A stretch of DNA of 58,151 nucleotides from Xanthobacteraceae bacterium (GCA_036272395.1 DATAYT010000216.1:1-58151); one strand, 5' to 3'; shown: positions 37,730-47,712, counted from the first letter of the stretch. Notes: generated from the letters alone by a model not told the origin. Made by a program: numbers and translations.

Positions 37730-38466
37730 CTGCATCCGAACCTCACCCGACAACCGGCCAGCCGATTGGCTTGCCGGTCGAGAAAACCGGGGCCGCGCCG
37801 CGTCCCGGCCCGGTGACGCTGAAAGGGCGTTACGGCCGCTTGGAGAAATTGCGGCCCGACCACGCTTCCGATCTGTGGTCGGTATTCGCGGGCCATGATC
37901 GCGTCTGGACCTATATCTCTACCGACGGACCATTCGCCGATCCGTCTGAATTTGCGAGCTTCATCAAAAAGCGCGCGGCCGCGGAGGATCCCTATGCCTA
38001 TGCGATCGTCGATCCGCAGGATCGCGCTATCGGCTACTTTACGCTGTTGCGGATCGTTCCGCCGCATCGTGTGATCGAAGTGGGGCACGTGCTCTATTCG
38101 CCGAGTTTGCAGCGCACGCCGCTCGGCACTGAAGCCCAGTATCTATTGGCACGTTACGTGTTCGAGACGCTCGGCTATCGCCGCTACGAATGGAAATGCG
38201 ACGCGTTGAATGCCGCATCGCGGCGGGCGGCGCTGCGTTACGGATTCATCTACGAGGGCACGTTTCGCCAGTACATGATTGCCAAGGGCCGCAATCGTGA
38301 CAACGCGTGGTTTTCGATGCTCGATAGCGAGTGGCCATTGCGCAAGCGCAATTTCGAACGCTGGCTGGGCCCTGAGAATTTCGACGCGCAGGGGGTCCAA
38401 CGCGTGAGCCTTGCCGCATTGAATGCCGCCGCAGGAGGACAGGATGAGCAACAGGCTCCAAAATAA
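37726..38466 (+). CDS. GNAT-family N-acetyltransferase (RimJ/RimL-like)
   Basis: GRYGRLEKL...IEVGHVLYSPSLQRTPLGTEAQYLLARYVFETLGYRRYEWKCDALNAASRRAALRYGF. GTGA overlap with the upstream gene. Confidence 0.85.
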
Positions 38467-39202
38467 AGTAGCGCTGGTCACGGCGGCCGGGCAGGGCATC
38501 GGCCGCGCCATCGCCGAGGCCTTCGCCAATGAGGGCGCTAACCTCATCGCCACCGATGTTGCCGAAGACAAGGTCCACGCTCTCAAAGTCGCCAAGCGCA
38601 TCAAGCTCGACGTACGGGCGCAGGACAATGTCGATGCCGTAGCCAAGATGGTTGGCAGCGAATTCGGCGCGTTGGATATCCTGGTGAACTGCGCCGGCTA
38701 CGTGCACAACGGCAGCATCCTCGAATGCGGCGATCGGGACTGGGACTTTTCCTTCGATCTGAACGTCAAATCGATGCACCGCACCATCAAGGCTTTCCTG
38801 CCCGGCATGTTGGAGAAGAAGGCAGGCTCGATCGTGAACATTTCCTCCGCGGTGTCGTCGATCCGCGGCGTTCCCAATCGTTACGTCTACGGTGCCACCA
38901 AAGCCGCGGTGATCGGGCTGACCAAGGCGATCGCCGCGGATTTCATCAAGCAAGGCATCCGCTGCAACGCCATTTGCCCCGGCACCATCGAATCGCCGTC
39001 GCTCGAAGAGCGCATCGCGACTTTGTCGAAGCAAACGGGACGGTCCCTCCAAGACGTTCGGCAGTCATTTATCGACCGGCAGCCGATGGGGCGGCTCGGC
39101 ACGGCGCAGGAGGTTGCCGCGCTCGCCGTCTTTCTCGCCAGCGACGAATCCAGCTACATCACTGGGCAGCCACATCTGGTCGATGGCGGCATGGCGCTGT
39201 AA
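38444..39202 (+). CDS. Short-chain dehydrogenase/reductase (SDR)
   Basis: TAAGQGIGRA cofactor motif and a YGATKAAV catalytic Tyr-x-x-x-Lys. AGGAGGA SD lies before ATG 38444. Confidence 0.92.
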   Translation: MSNRLQNKVALVTAAGQGIGRAIAEAFANEGANLIATDVAEDKVHALKVAKRIKLDVRAQDNVDAVAKMVGSEFGALDILVNCAGYVHNGSILECGDRDWDFSFDLNVKSMHRTIKAFLPGMLEKKAGSIVNISSAVSSIRGVPNRYVYGATKAAVIGLTKAIAADFIKQGIRCNAICPGTIESPSLEERIATLSKQTGRSLQDVRQSFIDRQPMGRLGTAQEVAALAVFLASDESSYITGQPHLVDGGMAL

Positions 39203-39222
39203 GAAATGACGATGTAACGCGC

Positions 39223-39260
39223 GTCATTCCGGGCTCGCCTTCGTGGCGTCCCAGAATGAC
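39223..39260. repeat. REP-like hairpin (family B) between the SDR and epimerase-like genes
   Basis: GTCATTCCGGG...CCCAGAATGAC arms (11 bp, one mismatch) with an inner CGCC-TTCGT-GGCG stem. Confidence 0.55.
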
Positions 39261-39279
39261 AATCGAGAACGGGGCCTCC

Positions 39280-40263
39280 ATGCACATTTTCATTACCGGC
39301 GCCGCCGGCATGATCGGGCGCAAACTGACGGCGAGGCTCGTCGCCGACGGCGCGCTTAACAACCGGCCGATCGACAGGCTGACGCTGCTCGACGTCGCGG
39401 CCCCGGCGAAGCCGGAGAAATTTTCCGGCGTGGTCGAGACCGTGGCCGGCGACATCGCCGATCCGGTGGCGTTACGGAAGCTCGTCGCCACTCGGCCTGA
39501 CGTCATCTTTCATCTCGCCGCCGTGGTCTCCGCCGAAGCCGAGCTCGATTTCGATAAAGGAATGCGCATCAATCTCGACGGTTCGCGCGCGCTCTTGGAC
39601 GCGGTTCGCGCCGCTGGCGACGGCTATCGTCCGCAGCTGGTCTTTACCTCATCGATCGCGGTGTTCGGCGCGCCGTTTCCCGATGCCATCGCCGACGATT
39701 TTCATCTCACTCCGCTGACTTCTTATGGAACGCAAAAGGCGGCCGTTGAACTTTTGCTCGCCGACCATACGCGTCGCGGATTTCTCTCCGGCGTCGGCAT
39801 TCGGCTGCCGAGCATCGTGGTTCGTCCCGGCAAGCCGAACAAAGCCGCTTCGGGGTTCTTCTCCTCGATCATTCGCGAGCCGCTCGCCGGCCAAGAGGCC
39901 GTGCTGCCGGTTGAGGACAGCGTGCTGCACTGGCACGCCAGTCCTCGCGCGGCGGTGGGATTTCTGATCCATGCCGCCGGGCTCGATGCCGGCAAGCTCG
40001 GTCCCCGCATCAATCTCACAATGCCGGGCGTATGCTGTACGGTGGCCGAACAGATCGCCGCCTTGCGGCGGATCGCCGGCGACAAGGTGGCGGCGCGCAT
40101 CCGGCGCGAGCCCGATCCGTTAATCGTGCGCATCGTCGCCGGCTGGCCGAGCCGGTTCGATGCGCGCCGCGCCCGCGAGCTCGGTTTCCGCGGTGATGCC
40201 TCGTTTGACGACATCATCCGCGTTCACATTGAGGACGAGTTGGGGGGCAAGATCGCTCACTAA
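39280..40263 (+). CDS. NAD-dependent epimerase/dehydratase-family dehydrogenase (D-erythronate dehydrogenase DenD-like)
   Basis: MHIFITGAAGMIGRKL Rossmann motif and YGTQKAA catalytic Tyr-x-x-x-Lys. The ORF-track ORF 38725-40263 is an artefactual upstream extension. Confidence 0.85.
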   Translation: MHIFITGAAGMIGRKLTARLVADGALNNRPIDRLTLLDVAAPAKPEKFSGVVETVAGDIADPVALRKLVATRPDVIFHLAAVVSAEAELDFDKGMRINLDGSRALLDAVRAAGDGYRPQLVFTSSIAVFGAPFPDAIADDFHLTPLTSYGTQKAAVELLLADHTRRGFLSGVGIRLPSIVVRPGKPNKAASGFFSSIIREPLAGQEAVLPVEDSVLHWHASPRAAVGFLIHAAGLDAGKLGPRINLTMPGVCCTVAEQIAALRRIAGDKVAARIRREPDPLIVRIVAGWPSRFDARRARELGFRGDASFDDIIRVHIEDELGGKIAH

Positions 40264-40345
40264 AGCGGGCTGCGGCATTTGCTTGCGTTGTCGCCGCCGA
40301 TGCTTACATTCAAGGCCTAAGCCCTTACTATATTCCCGACACACC

Positions 40346-41170
40346 ATGACCTATGTCGATGCAGCCTGTGCGCCGCTGCGCAAAACCGGGCAGATCAAAA
40401 TTCACGGTCCCGACGCCTTTGCTGGGATGCGCAAGGCCGGGCGGCTTGCGGCCGAATGTCTCGACATGCTGGTCGGTGAAATCAAACCTGGCGTGACGAC
40501 GGAACACATCGACCGCGTGGTATTCGAATTCGGCATGGACCGTGGCGCGCTGCCGGCGACCCTGATGTATCGCGGCTATCGCAAGGCGACCTGCACCTCG
40601 GTCAACCATGTGGTCTGCCATGGCATTCCGAGCGACAAGCCGCTGCGCGAGGGCGACATCGTCAATGTCGACGTCACCCTGATCCTCGACGAGTGGCACG
40701 GCGATTCCAGCCGCATGTATGCGGTCGGTGAAATTCCGCGCCGGGCCGAACGGCTGATCGAGGTCACCTATGAAGGCATGATGCGCGGCATCGCCGCAAT
40801 CAGGCCAGGCGGCACCACCGGCGATATCGGTCACGCGATCCAGACTTTCGTGGAAGCCCAGCACATGAGCGTGGTGCGCGATTTTTGCGGCCACGGCGTG
40901 GGTCGGCTGTTCCATGACGAGCCGAATGTCGTGCATATCGGGCGGCCGGGCGAGGGTATCGTGCTCAAGCCCGGCATGTTCTTCACCGTCGAGCCGATGA
41001 TCAATCTCGGCCGGCCGCATGTGAAGGTGTTGTCCGACGGCTGGACGGCGGTGACGCGCGACCGCTCGCTTTCCGCGCAGTTTGAGCACTCGGTCGGCGT
41101 GACCGAGGCCGGCGTCGAGATTTTCACGTTGTCGCCGAAGGGACTCGACAAGCCGCCGTACCGGCAGTGA
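40346..41170 (+). CDS. map: Type I methionine aminopeptidase
   Basis: 274 aa with metal-ligand motifs: VCHGIP, DIVNVDVT, GHGVGRLFHE, FTVEPM, FEHSV. Confidence 0.95.
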   Translation: MTYVDAACAPLRKTGQIKIHGPDAFAGMRKAGRLAAECLDMLVGEIKPGVTTEHIDRVVFEFGMDRGALPATLMYRGYRKATCTSVNHVVCHGIPSDKPLREGDIVNVDVTLILDEWHGDSSRMYAVGEIPRRAERLIEVTYEGMMRGIAAIRPGGTTGDIGHAIQTFVEAQHMSVVRDFCGHGVGRLFHDEPNVVHIGRPGEGIVLKPGMFFTVEPMINLGRPHVKVLSDGWTAVTRDRSLSAQFEHSVGVTEAGVEIFTLSPKGLDKPPYRQ

Positions 41171-41257
41171 GCGATCGGCCCGGCGGATTGTACCGCGCAA
41201 GGCGATTGCAAAATTCTTCGGTCCGGTCATCCTTGGCGGTGGCTGGCGGCGGCCCGC

Positions 41258-42024
41258 TTGCCGATCGGGGTCTCTGTCCGGAGTTTCATCCTGGAAAAAA
41301 AGCGCGAGAGTGACGGCGGGCTTGCCGACGCCGCGCCGCATTATCACGGCCATCGCGAACGCTTGCGCGGCCGCTTTCGCGACGCCGGCGCCGATGCTTT
41401 GACGCCGGCGCCGATGCTTTGTCCGACTATGAGCTGTTGGAGCTGCTGTTATTTCGCGCGCTGCCGCGCCGCGACGTCAAACCGCTCGCCAAGACGCTCT
41501 TGGCGAAATTCGGCTCGTTTGCCGAAGTGATCGCGGCGCCGGAGGCGCGGCTCGCGGAAGTGAAGGGGCTTGGCGGCGCCGGCATAACCGAACTGAAGAT
41601 CGTGCAGGCGGCGGCGAGCCGGCTGCTCCGTGGCGTCCTAAAAAAACGCCCGGTGCTGTCGTCGTGGTCGAACGTGCTCGACTATTGCCGCTGCGCCCAG
41701 GGCTTCGCCGATCGCGAGCAGTTCCGCGCGCTGTTTCTCGACAAGCGCAATGCGCTCATCGCCGACGAAGTGCAGCAGACCGGCACCGTCGACCACACGC
41801 CGGTCTATCCGCGCGGGGTGGTCAAGCGCGCGCTCGAATTATCGGCGAGTGCGATCATCCTCGCGCACAATCATCCGTCGGGCGATACAACGCCCTCGCA
41901 GGCCGACATCCAGATGACGAAGGCGATCATCGCGGTGGCGGGCCCGCTCGGCATTGCGGTTCACGATCACCTCATCGTCGGCAAAGAGGGGCATGCGAGC
42001 CTGAAGGGACTCAGGTTGATTTGA
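41258..42024 (+). pseudogene. radC: radC (JAB/MPN-domain RadC family) disrupted by a 20-bp tandem duplication
   Basis: The N-terminal frame ([21 protein letters not shown]) and the C-terminal frame ([23 protein letters not shown]...[11 protein letters not shown]) are offset by +2. Removing one repeat copy restores one ORF. Confidence 0.8.
41381..41420 (+). repeat. Perfect 20-bp tandem duplication GACGCCGGCGCCGATGCTTT x2
   Basis: 41381-41400 and 41401-41420 are identical, read directly from the sequence. Confidence 0.97.
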
Positions 42025-42051
42025 GACCGCCTGAGTTGGGCGCGACCGGCA

Positions 42052-42468
42052 TCAACCCAACAACTTCCGCGCCAGGTCGCGGACCTTGTCCTCGAATGCA
42101 ATTGAGTTGCGCGCGGCGCGATCGAGATGCACACCGGTCAGCTCGCAGCTTGCTGCAGATTCACCAGTCTCGACATTGGTCATGTCGTGAGCGAAGCGCA
42201 GCACCTTATCGCGCAGCTCGAGAATGCGGCTGCGGACCTCGATGATGTCGCCGGCGAGAAGTTCGCGCTTATAGCTGATGTTCTGCTGGACCGCCGCCAT
42301 GCCGCGGCCGCTCGCGCGCAGATACGACGGCGTCATCCCGATCTGGGCGAACAAGTGCCAGGTCGCTTCGTCGAATTTGCCGACGTACCACATCACATTC
42401 ATATGGCCCATGTGATCGCACTGCCATGGATAGACCGTGCCACGATAGGTCAGCAGATCCGGCATCAT
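42052..42468 (-). CDS. Hotdog-fold acyl-CoA thioesterase (4HBT/YbgC-like)
   Basis: YPWQCDHMGHMNVMWYVGKFDEATWHLF matches the 4HBT catalytic region. Confidence 0.85.
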   Translation of the reverse strand: MMPDLLTYRGTVYPWQCDHMGHMNVMWYVGKFDEATWHLFAQIGMTPSYLRASGRGMAAVQQNISYKRELLAGDIIEVRSRILELRDKVLRFAHDMTNVETGESAASCELTGVHLDRAARNSIAFEDKVRDLARKLLG

Positions 42469-42584
42469 GCCCCCTCTGTTTGCCAGCGTCCCTCGTTACC
42501 GCTGTAATGCCTTGCACGGCTATAGTATTGGCGGCAAGGACTGAGGATTGAGCCGGTATCAATCGGCGCATGGAGAGGGACGAA

Positions 42585-43463
42585 ATGAACAAGCTCGCGA
42601 TCGGCGACGTCACGATTACCAGCATTATCGAACGAGATGGGCCATGGCGTACGCCGGAGGAAATGTTTCCGAAATACGATCCCGAGATCGGCCGCCGCCA
42701 TCTCGCCGAGCTCGATCGCGAGGTGTTCGATCCGGCGTCGGGTAAAATGGTGATCACCTATCAGACTTACGTCGTGCGCACCCCCAAGCACACGGTCCTG
42801 ATCGACACCTGCACCGGCGAGGACAAAGGCTATCCGCCGCCGATGGATTTTCCTAAAAAGCCTTGGCTCGACGGCTTTGCCGCCGAAGGCTTGCGCTTCG
42901 AAGATATCGATTACGTTTTTTGCACGCATCTGCATATCGACCATTCCGGCTGGAACACCGTGTTGCGCAATGGCCGCTGGGTACCGACCTTCCCCAAAGC
43001 CAAATACATCTTCCACAAACGCGAATATGCCGCCTGGGAAGAATCGACCAAGCGCGGCGAAACCAGGGCCGGCGGTGGCGGCAATGTCTGGCGGTTCAAT
43101 TGCGAGCCGGTGGTCGCGGCCGGTCAGGCGCTCCTTGTCGACGACGATTTTGCGCTCGACGACACATTCTGGCTGACGCCCACGCCAGGCCATTCGCCCT
43201 GCCATTGCTGCGTCAATATCCGCGGGCGCGGACATCACGCGGTCGTCATCGGCGACCTCATGCACCACGCGCTGCAGTGTCGCGAGCCGGGCTGGTCGAC
43301 GATCTTTGATTGGGACGCCGACGAGGCGGCGCGGTCGCGCCGGCGTTTTCTCGGCAACGTCGCGGGAACGGGCAGCTTTGTGCTGCCGATCCATTTTCCG
43401 CATCCGACCACCGGGCTCGTTGAGGCGGACGGCAATCGATTTCGCTATAAGTTCGTGCGCTAA
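42585..43463 (+). CDS. MBL-fold metallo-hydrolase (lactonase-like)
   Basis: HLHIDHSGW (HxHxDH) motif. GGAGAGGGA SD lies before ATG 42585. Confidence 0.85.
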   Translation: MNKLAIGDVTITSIIERDGPWRTPEEMFPKYDPEIGRRHLAELDREVFDPASGKMVITYQTYVVRTPKHTVLIDTCTGEDKGYPPPMDFPKKPWLDGFAAEGLRFEDIDYVFCTHLHIDHSGWNTVLRNGRWVPTFPKAKYIFHKREYAAWEESTKRGETRAGGGGNVWRFNCEPVVAAGQALLVDDDFALDDTFWLTPTPGHSPCHCCVNIRGRGHHAVVIGDLMHHALQCREPGWSTIFDWDADEAARSRRRFLGNVAGTGSFVLPIHFPHPTTGLVEADGNRFRYKFVR

Positions 43464-43533
43464 AAGCAAATGCCGGATCGAATTTTCGCTGCGGCATAAG
43501 CGCGACAGCTGGGGACGGCCATTTGAGGGGCAG

Positions 43534-44520
43534 ATGAAGCGACGAGAATTTGCCGGCCTTGTCGCCGGCGCTGCCGTATGGCCATTGGTGGCGCGGGCGC
43601 AGCAGGGCGCCGGCATGCGCCACCTCGGCGTACTCGCCGACTATGCCGCCAACGATTCGCTTGGGCAATCGCTTGCTGCGATCTTGCCGCAGAGTCTTGC
43701 CGCGCTGGGCTGGATCGAGGGTCAAAACATCCAGATTGATTGGCGCTGGGCGAGCGCCGACCCCAAGCTCTATCAAAGCTATGCCGCGGAACTGGTCGCG
43801 CTTCGACCCGACGTGTTGGTTGTGCAAAGCAGCCCGGCAGTTGCGGCACTACGGCGCTTGCCCAACGCGATCCCGACCGTCTTCATCATGATCACCGACC
43901 CGCTCGGACAGGGATTCGTCAACAACCTCGCGCATCCCGGCGGCAACATGACCGGCTTTAGCGATTATGATCCGCCGATCGCCAGCAAATGGGTGGAACT
44001 GCTCAAACAGATCAAGCCGAGCCTTGCCAGCGTTGCATTGCTCTACAATCCTGCTTCCACGCCTTTTGCCGATCTCATTTTACAGACCGTCGGGCCCGCA
44101 GCCCGCTCGCTTGCGGTGGCGGCGCGCTCCTCGGTCTGCCGTGACGATGCGAACATCGACGCCGCGATGAAGCTTGCGCGCGCCGAGCGCGGCGGCGTAC
44201 TGGTGATACCGGAAGTTTTCACCACCGTACACCGCGACGCCATTGTCGCCGCCGCGGCGCGGCATCGGGTGCCGGCGGTTTACCCCGATGAAATTTCTAC
44301 GACCCACGGCGAATTGATGTCCTACGGCATCGATCCAGCTGACGTCTTTCGTCGTTCTGCCTCCTATGTCGATCGCATTCTCAAAGGGGAGAATCCGGGT
44401 GACTTGCCGGTAGAGAATCCGACCAAGTTCAAGCTGACGATCAGTCTCAAGACAGCGAAGGTGATCGGGCTTGCGGTGCCGCCGACGCTGCTCGCACTCG
44501 CCGACACGGTAACGGAATGA
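43534..44520 (+). CDS. ABC transporter substrate-binding protein (ABC_sub_bind family)
   Basis: Tat-like signal MKRREFAGLVAGAAVWPLVARAQQ. The C-terminal ENPTKFKLTISLKTAKVIGLAVPPTLLALADTV is typical of this family. It is an orphan, with no permease or ATPase adjacent. Confidence 0.85.
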   Translation: MKRREFAGLVAGAAVWPLVARAQQGAGMRHLGVLADYAANDSLGQSLAAILPQSLAALGWIEGQNIQIDWRWASADPKLYQSYAAELVALRPDVLVVQSSPAVAALRRLPNAIPTVFIMITDPLGQGFVNNLAHPGGNMTGFSDYDPPIASKWVELLKQIKPSLASVALLYNPASTPFADLILQTVGPAARSLAVAARSSVCRDDANIDAAMKLARAERGGVLVIPEVFTTVHRDAIVAAAARHRVPAVYPDEISTTHGELMSYGIDPADVFRRSASYVDRILKGENPGDLPVENPTKFKLTISLKTAKVIGLAVPPTLLALADTVTE

Positions 44521-44591
44521 CCACTTGTAGCGGTCGGCTCATTTGGCAGGCGGTCTAGCACGCCGCCGCCGATCAAAAAGGCCGCGCTTAT

Positions 44592-45239
44592 TTAGACCAC
44601 AAGCAGGACGATCCCACAGATGACCAACGCGATGGTCCAAACGAGATCGAGATTGATCCAGCCGCGCCGCAGAAAAGCGACACCAACCCATTTATAGATG
44701 ACCAGCGAAACGATTCCGATCGTCGCCAGCATCGCCGCTGTGTGCAGCGCAAGCGCCGCCAGCCCGATGGGGAGGGATGTCCCGAGCGTGAGCACATGCG
44801 CCGGCGAAGCGGCAAGACAGAGCGGGATCACCGCCGGAATCAGCATCAGACCCGCGCCGTGGGCGTTGGCCATCAGGAACGACCACGCAAATAAGCCGCC
44901 GAGGCCAACCTGCATGCCGAAGCGCACCTTGTGACGCCGGCCATAGAGCGCGTGCCAGCCAGCCCAGGCGAATAGCATTACAGCGGCGAGCGGCCGCAGC
45001 AAGCCGGGTTCGAGGACGAGCCCGACCGCCAGCACGAGGAACAGGACGACGGCGACAGCGAGCGCATGGCCGAGACCGATCGGGACAAGCGCCAGCCAGA
45101 CCACCCGCTCGTTGCCGCGATTAAGCCCAAGTGCCACCGCGAACAGCCATCCCATCGCGGGGTTGATGCCGTGAAGCAGACCAAGCCCCGCTATGACGAG
45201 CCACAGCCAAAGCGCATCGGGAAACAGCGTCGGCGACAC
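44592..45239 (-). CDS. Hypothetical 6-TM membrane protein with His-Gly motifs
   Basis: GTG start 15 nt after the SBP56 stop. Motifs LLHGINPAMGW, GLGHALAV and ANAHGAG suggest metal handling. No family confidently recognised. Confidence 0.6.
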   Translation of the reverse strand: MSPTLFPDALWLWLVIAGLGLLHGINPAMGWLFAVALGLNRGNERVVWLALVPIGLGHALAVAVVLFLVLAVGLVLEPGLLRPLAAVMLFAWAGWHALYGRRHKVRFGMQVGLGGLFAWSFLMANAHGAGLMLIPAVIPLCLAASPAHVLTLGTSLPIGLAALALHTAAMLATIGIVSLVIYKWVGVAFLRRGWINLDLVWTIALVICGIVLLVV

Positions 45240-45253
45240 GCGCGCTTATGCCG

Positions 45254-46648
45254 TCACGGATAGCAATAGGAGTCCGAAGAACAATCGCCAGCCTGCAGGC
45301 GGACCTGGTGCGGGCGCTGTCCCTTCGGCCAGTCGATAAAGAATTTTGGATCGAAGGCGATGCCGCCCTCCGGCTTGGCGTCGAGCTTGACCATCCAGCC
45401 GTCGATCCCCTCGGGATAAAATTGCGGATCGATGGCGCCGTAAAGCGAATTGCTGAAATAGACCCGTCGCCCATCGCGGCTCACTTCGACCATTTGCGGA
45501 CCGCCGCTGAGCTTGCCGTTTTTGGCGCCGGGATGACTGGCGCGCGCGACGATGCCGCCGATGCGCACCTTGCCGGTGAGCTTGGGATTGAACGGATCCG
45601 ACACGTCGTATTGCTGCAGATCGCCGGTGCCCCAGCAGGCGACGTAGAGGAAGCGGTCATCCATTGAAAGGTCGATGTCGGTGACAAGCGGCGGGACCGC
45701 TTTGAACCCTTTGAGCACGGGCGGCAGCAGATCGGGGTCGGCGGGCTCGGCGGGAATCGAGATGATCTTTTTCACCGCCCATTTGTCGCCGTCGCGGTAC
45801 CAGGTCCAGATCGATGACGACAGATCTTTGAGGCTGATGACGCAGTTGACGAAGCCGTGCGGCTTGGTCGGGTCGTGCGCCGGCCGCAACTCGAAAATGA
45901 GCTGATGCTCCTCGCCGAAATCGATCTCCTGCAAGTGCTTGCGCTTGGTGAAATCCCAGAAATGCAAGCGCCGGCCATATTTGCTGCCGAGCAGGATCTC
46001 CGGCACCAATCCATTTTCGAAGGTGTCCGGCGTGCCCCATTCGCTGGTGACCATCGTGTCGAAGCCGAGATGCCACCACACGTCGTAGCCGAGCTGTTGC
46101 GGGCCGCGATCGACTTCCCAGCGGCCGAGCGGCTCGAAAGTCTCGTGATCCATGACGAAGACGCCGCCCGGCGCCTTGCCCTCCTTGTTACCGAGCGCGG
46201 CCACGTAGATGCCTCCCGGACCGCAATGCACGGTGTGCGGCCGCGTGTAACCGGTCTTCTCGGCGATATCAGCCGGCTCGATGACCTTGACGATCTGCGG
46301 TTTGCGGGGATCGGGCTTGGTATCGAGAATGTAGATGCGCGAAGACCGCAAACCTGGAACGACCAGATAGCGCCGCTCCATATGCGGATGCGGAGCGTTC
46401 GGACACAAGCACGAGGAGCAGGCGTTCCACCCGAAATGATGGAATTCGTCGCCCGCGTGTGTGGCGGCGACAGTGCCGACGATGCGCGAATACGAAGCGG
46501 ACGCGGGATCGACATCGACCACCGCAATGGCATCCGGCGATTTTCGGTCGGGATCGAACGCCGCCACATAGGCGAGCTTTTCGGGAGGCGCTTTCGCCGC
46601 CAGACGGGGCGAGGGATAGAAGCTCGGGTCAGGCTGCCACGTCGCCAT
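45254..46648 (-). CDS. Selenium-binding protein family (SBP56; methanethiol oxidase family)
   Basis: 464 aa, collinear with eukaryotic SELENBP1 (HHFGWNACSSC, SSRIYILD). GGAGGA SD. No signal peptide. Confidence 0.93.
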   Translation of the reverse strand: MATWQPDPSFYPSPRLAAKAPPEKLAYVAAFDPDRKSPDAIAVVDVDPASASYSRIVGTVAATHAGDEFHHFGWNACSSCLCPNAPHPHMERRYLVVPGLRSSRIYILDTKPDPRKPQIVKVIEPADIAEKTGYTRPHTVHCGPGGIYVAALGNKEGKAPGGVFVMDHETFEPLGRWEVDRGPQQLGYDVWWHLGFDTMVTSEWGTPDTFENGLVPEILLGSKYGRRLHFWDFTKRKHLQEIDFGEEHQLIFELRPAHDPTKPHGFVNCVISLKDLSSSIWTWYRDGDKWAVKKIISIPAEPADPDLLPPVLKGFKAVPPLVTDIDLSMDDRFLYVACWGTGDLQQYDVSDPFNPKLTGKVRIGGIVARASHPGAKNGKLSGGPQMVEVSRDGRRVYFSNSLYGAIDPQFYPEGIDGWMVKLDAKPEGGIAFDPKFFIDWPKGQRPHQVRLQAGDCSSDSYCYP

Positions 46649-46818
46649 GGATTCCTCCCGTGGTTGAATTCCCTAGGACATGCGATGCAAGGATATCAGC
46701 CGGCCGACGCGAGTCGATGGCACAGCACGCCGCATATGGCGGACGGTAAATCGGAACCCGATTGCGACATTAAACGTTTCGATTTGGCCCGGTATCCAAT
46801 GGTCTCAAGGAGGCCGCC

Positions 46819-47109
46819 ATGGCTCGCGCGGCATCGTCAAAGGTCGACAGAATTGAACACCCGCAATCGCATTACGCGACGCCCGACGAATTGATTGAGG
46901 ATCGCGCGCTCTCGTTCGAAGAAAAACTCGACGCGCTCAGGATCTGGGAACAAGATGCGCGCCAAATGCTGACCGCGAGCGGTGAGGGGATGCCGGACAG
47001 CGGAGGGGGAACTGATCGGAACGATCATCCCATGCTCGGCCAAGTCGAGCGCGCGAAGGACAAATTGCAACGATCGAAAAAAGCCGCGGTGTCGCGCCGG
47101 CGCGCATAG
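46819..47109 (+). CDS. Hypothetical small charged protein
   Basis: AAGGAGG SD lies before the ATG. No family recognised. Confidence 0.55.
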   Translation: MARAASSKVDRIEHPQSHYATPDELIEDRALSFEEKLDALRIWEQDARQMLTASGEGMPDSGGGTDRNDHPMLGQVERAKDKLQRSKKAAVSRRRA

Positions 47110-47360
47110 CGTTCACAATATTTTTATTTCGCGCCGCGTAGCACCGGGCGGGTGCAGACCCGCGCACCATGGCCGCTTCTTTCGACGGCCCCGCCGCTTT
47201 GACGGCAGGCTTTCATCCATAACCGTTTTCTAACCTTCTGCCGGACATAGTGGCGCCGGGCGGGTCGTTCGCATCATCGCGCCACTGGGAACGCTGCCGG
47301 GCAACGCCCGGCGCGGTCTTTTTCGGAGACGAGACCGCTCACGGAAAAATTGAGGACACG

Positions 47361-47699
47361 TTGATCGGGTTGTTGAAGAAGCCGTGGTGGGTTGGACCGC
47401 TCATCGCCGGCGTGTCGTACAATCACTACCACACTGACAAACCCCCGGAGCCGGCGGCCGTCAGCGGCTATGAGGTCGTGCACAATCGCGGAAACTTGCC
47501 GCGCAACGGCCGAGTTGTCGTGGTTGCCACGTGCCCGTCCGGCAAACGCGCGATCAGCGGCGGCTTTTCAACGCCGAGTCCGGCGGATACGACGGATTTT
47601 TCCAATCCTGAGGGCAACAACGCCTGGAAGGTGAGCTTCAAAAGCAATGGCGGCAGCGGCAATGCTTCCGTCTATGCGGTGTGCGTGAACGCCAATTGA
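47361..47699 (+). CDS. Hypothetical small protein with a conserved Cys pair
   Basis: A GAGGA SD precedes an in-frame TTG at 47361. The C-terminal pattern VVVATCPSGKRAISGGF...VYAVCV suggests a disulfide-bonded beta domain. The start is uncertain. Confidence 0.4.
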   Translation: MIGLLKKPWWVGPLIAGVSYNHYHTDKPPEPAAVSGYEVVHNRGNLPRNGRVVVVATCPSGKRAISGGFSTPSPADTTDFSNPEGNNAWKVSFKSNGGSGNASVYAVCVNAN

Positions 47700-47712
47700 A
47701 CTTCCGGCGTGC

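Noticed and set aside
38725-40263. 512-aa ORF fusing the SDR region to the epimerase-like gene
   Set aside because: The 5-prime part is an out-of-frame shadow of the SDR gene and crosses a REP hairpin. The Rossmann motif starts at ATG 39280.
40328-41353. 341-aa minus-strand ORF across map and the radC 5-prime region. Similar long antisense ORFs are at 42465-43616, 45857-46894, 48847-49923, 55269-56177 and 56258-57268.
   Set aside because: All overlap strongly supported genes on the opposite strand. They have Arg/Ala/Gly/His-rich shadow composition and no motifs.
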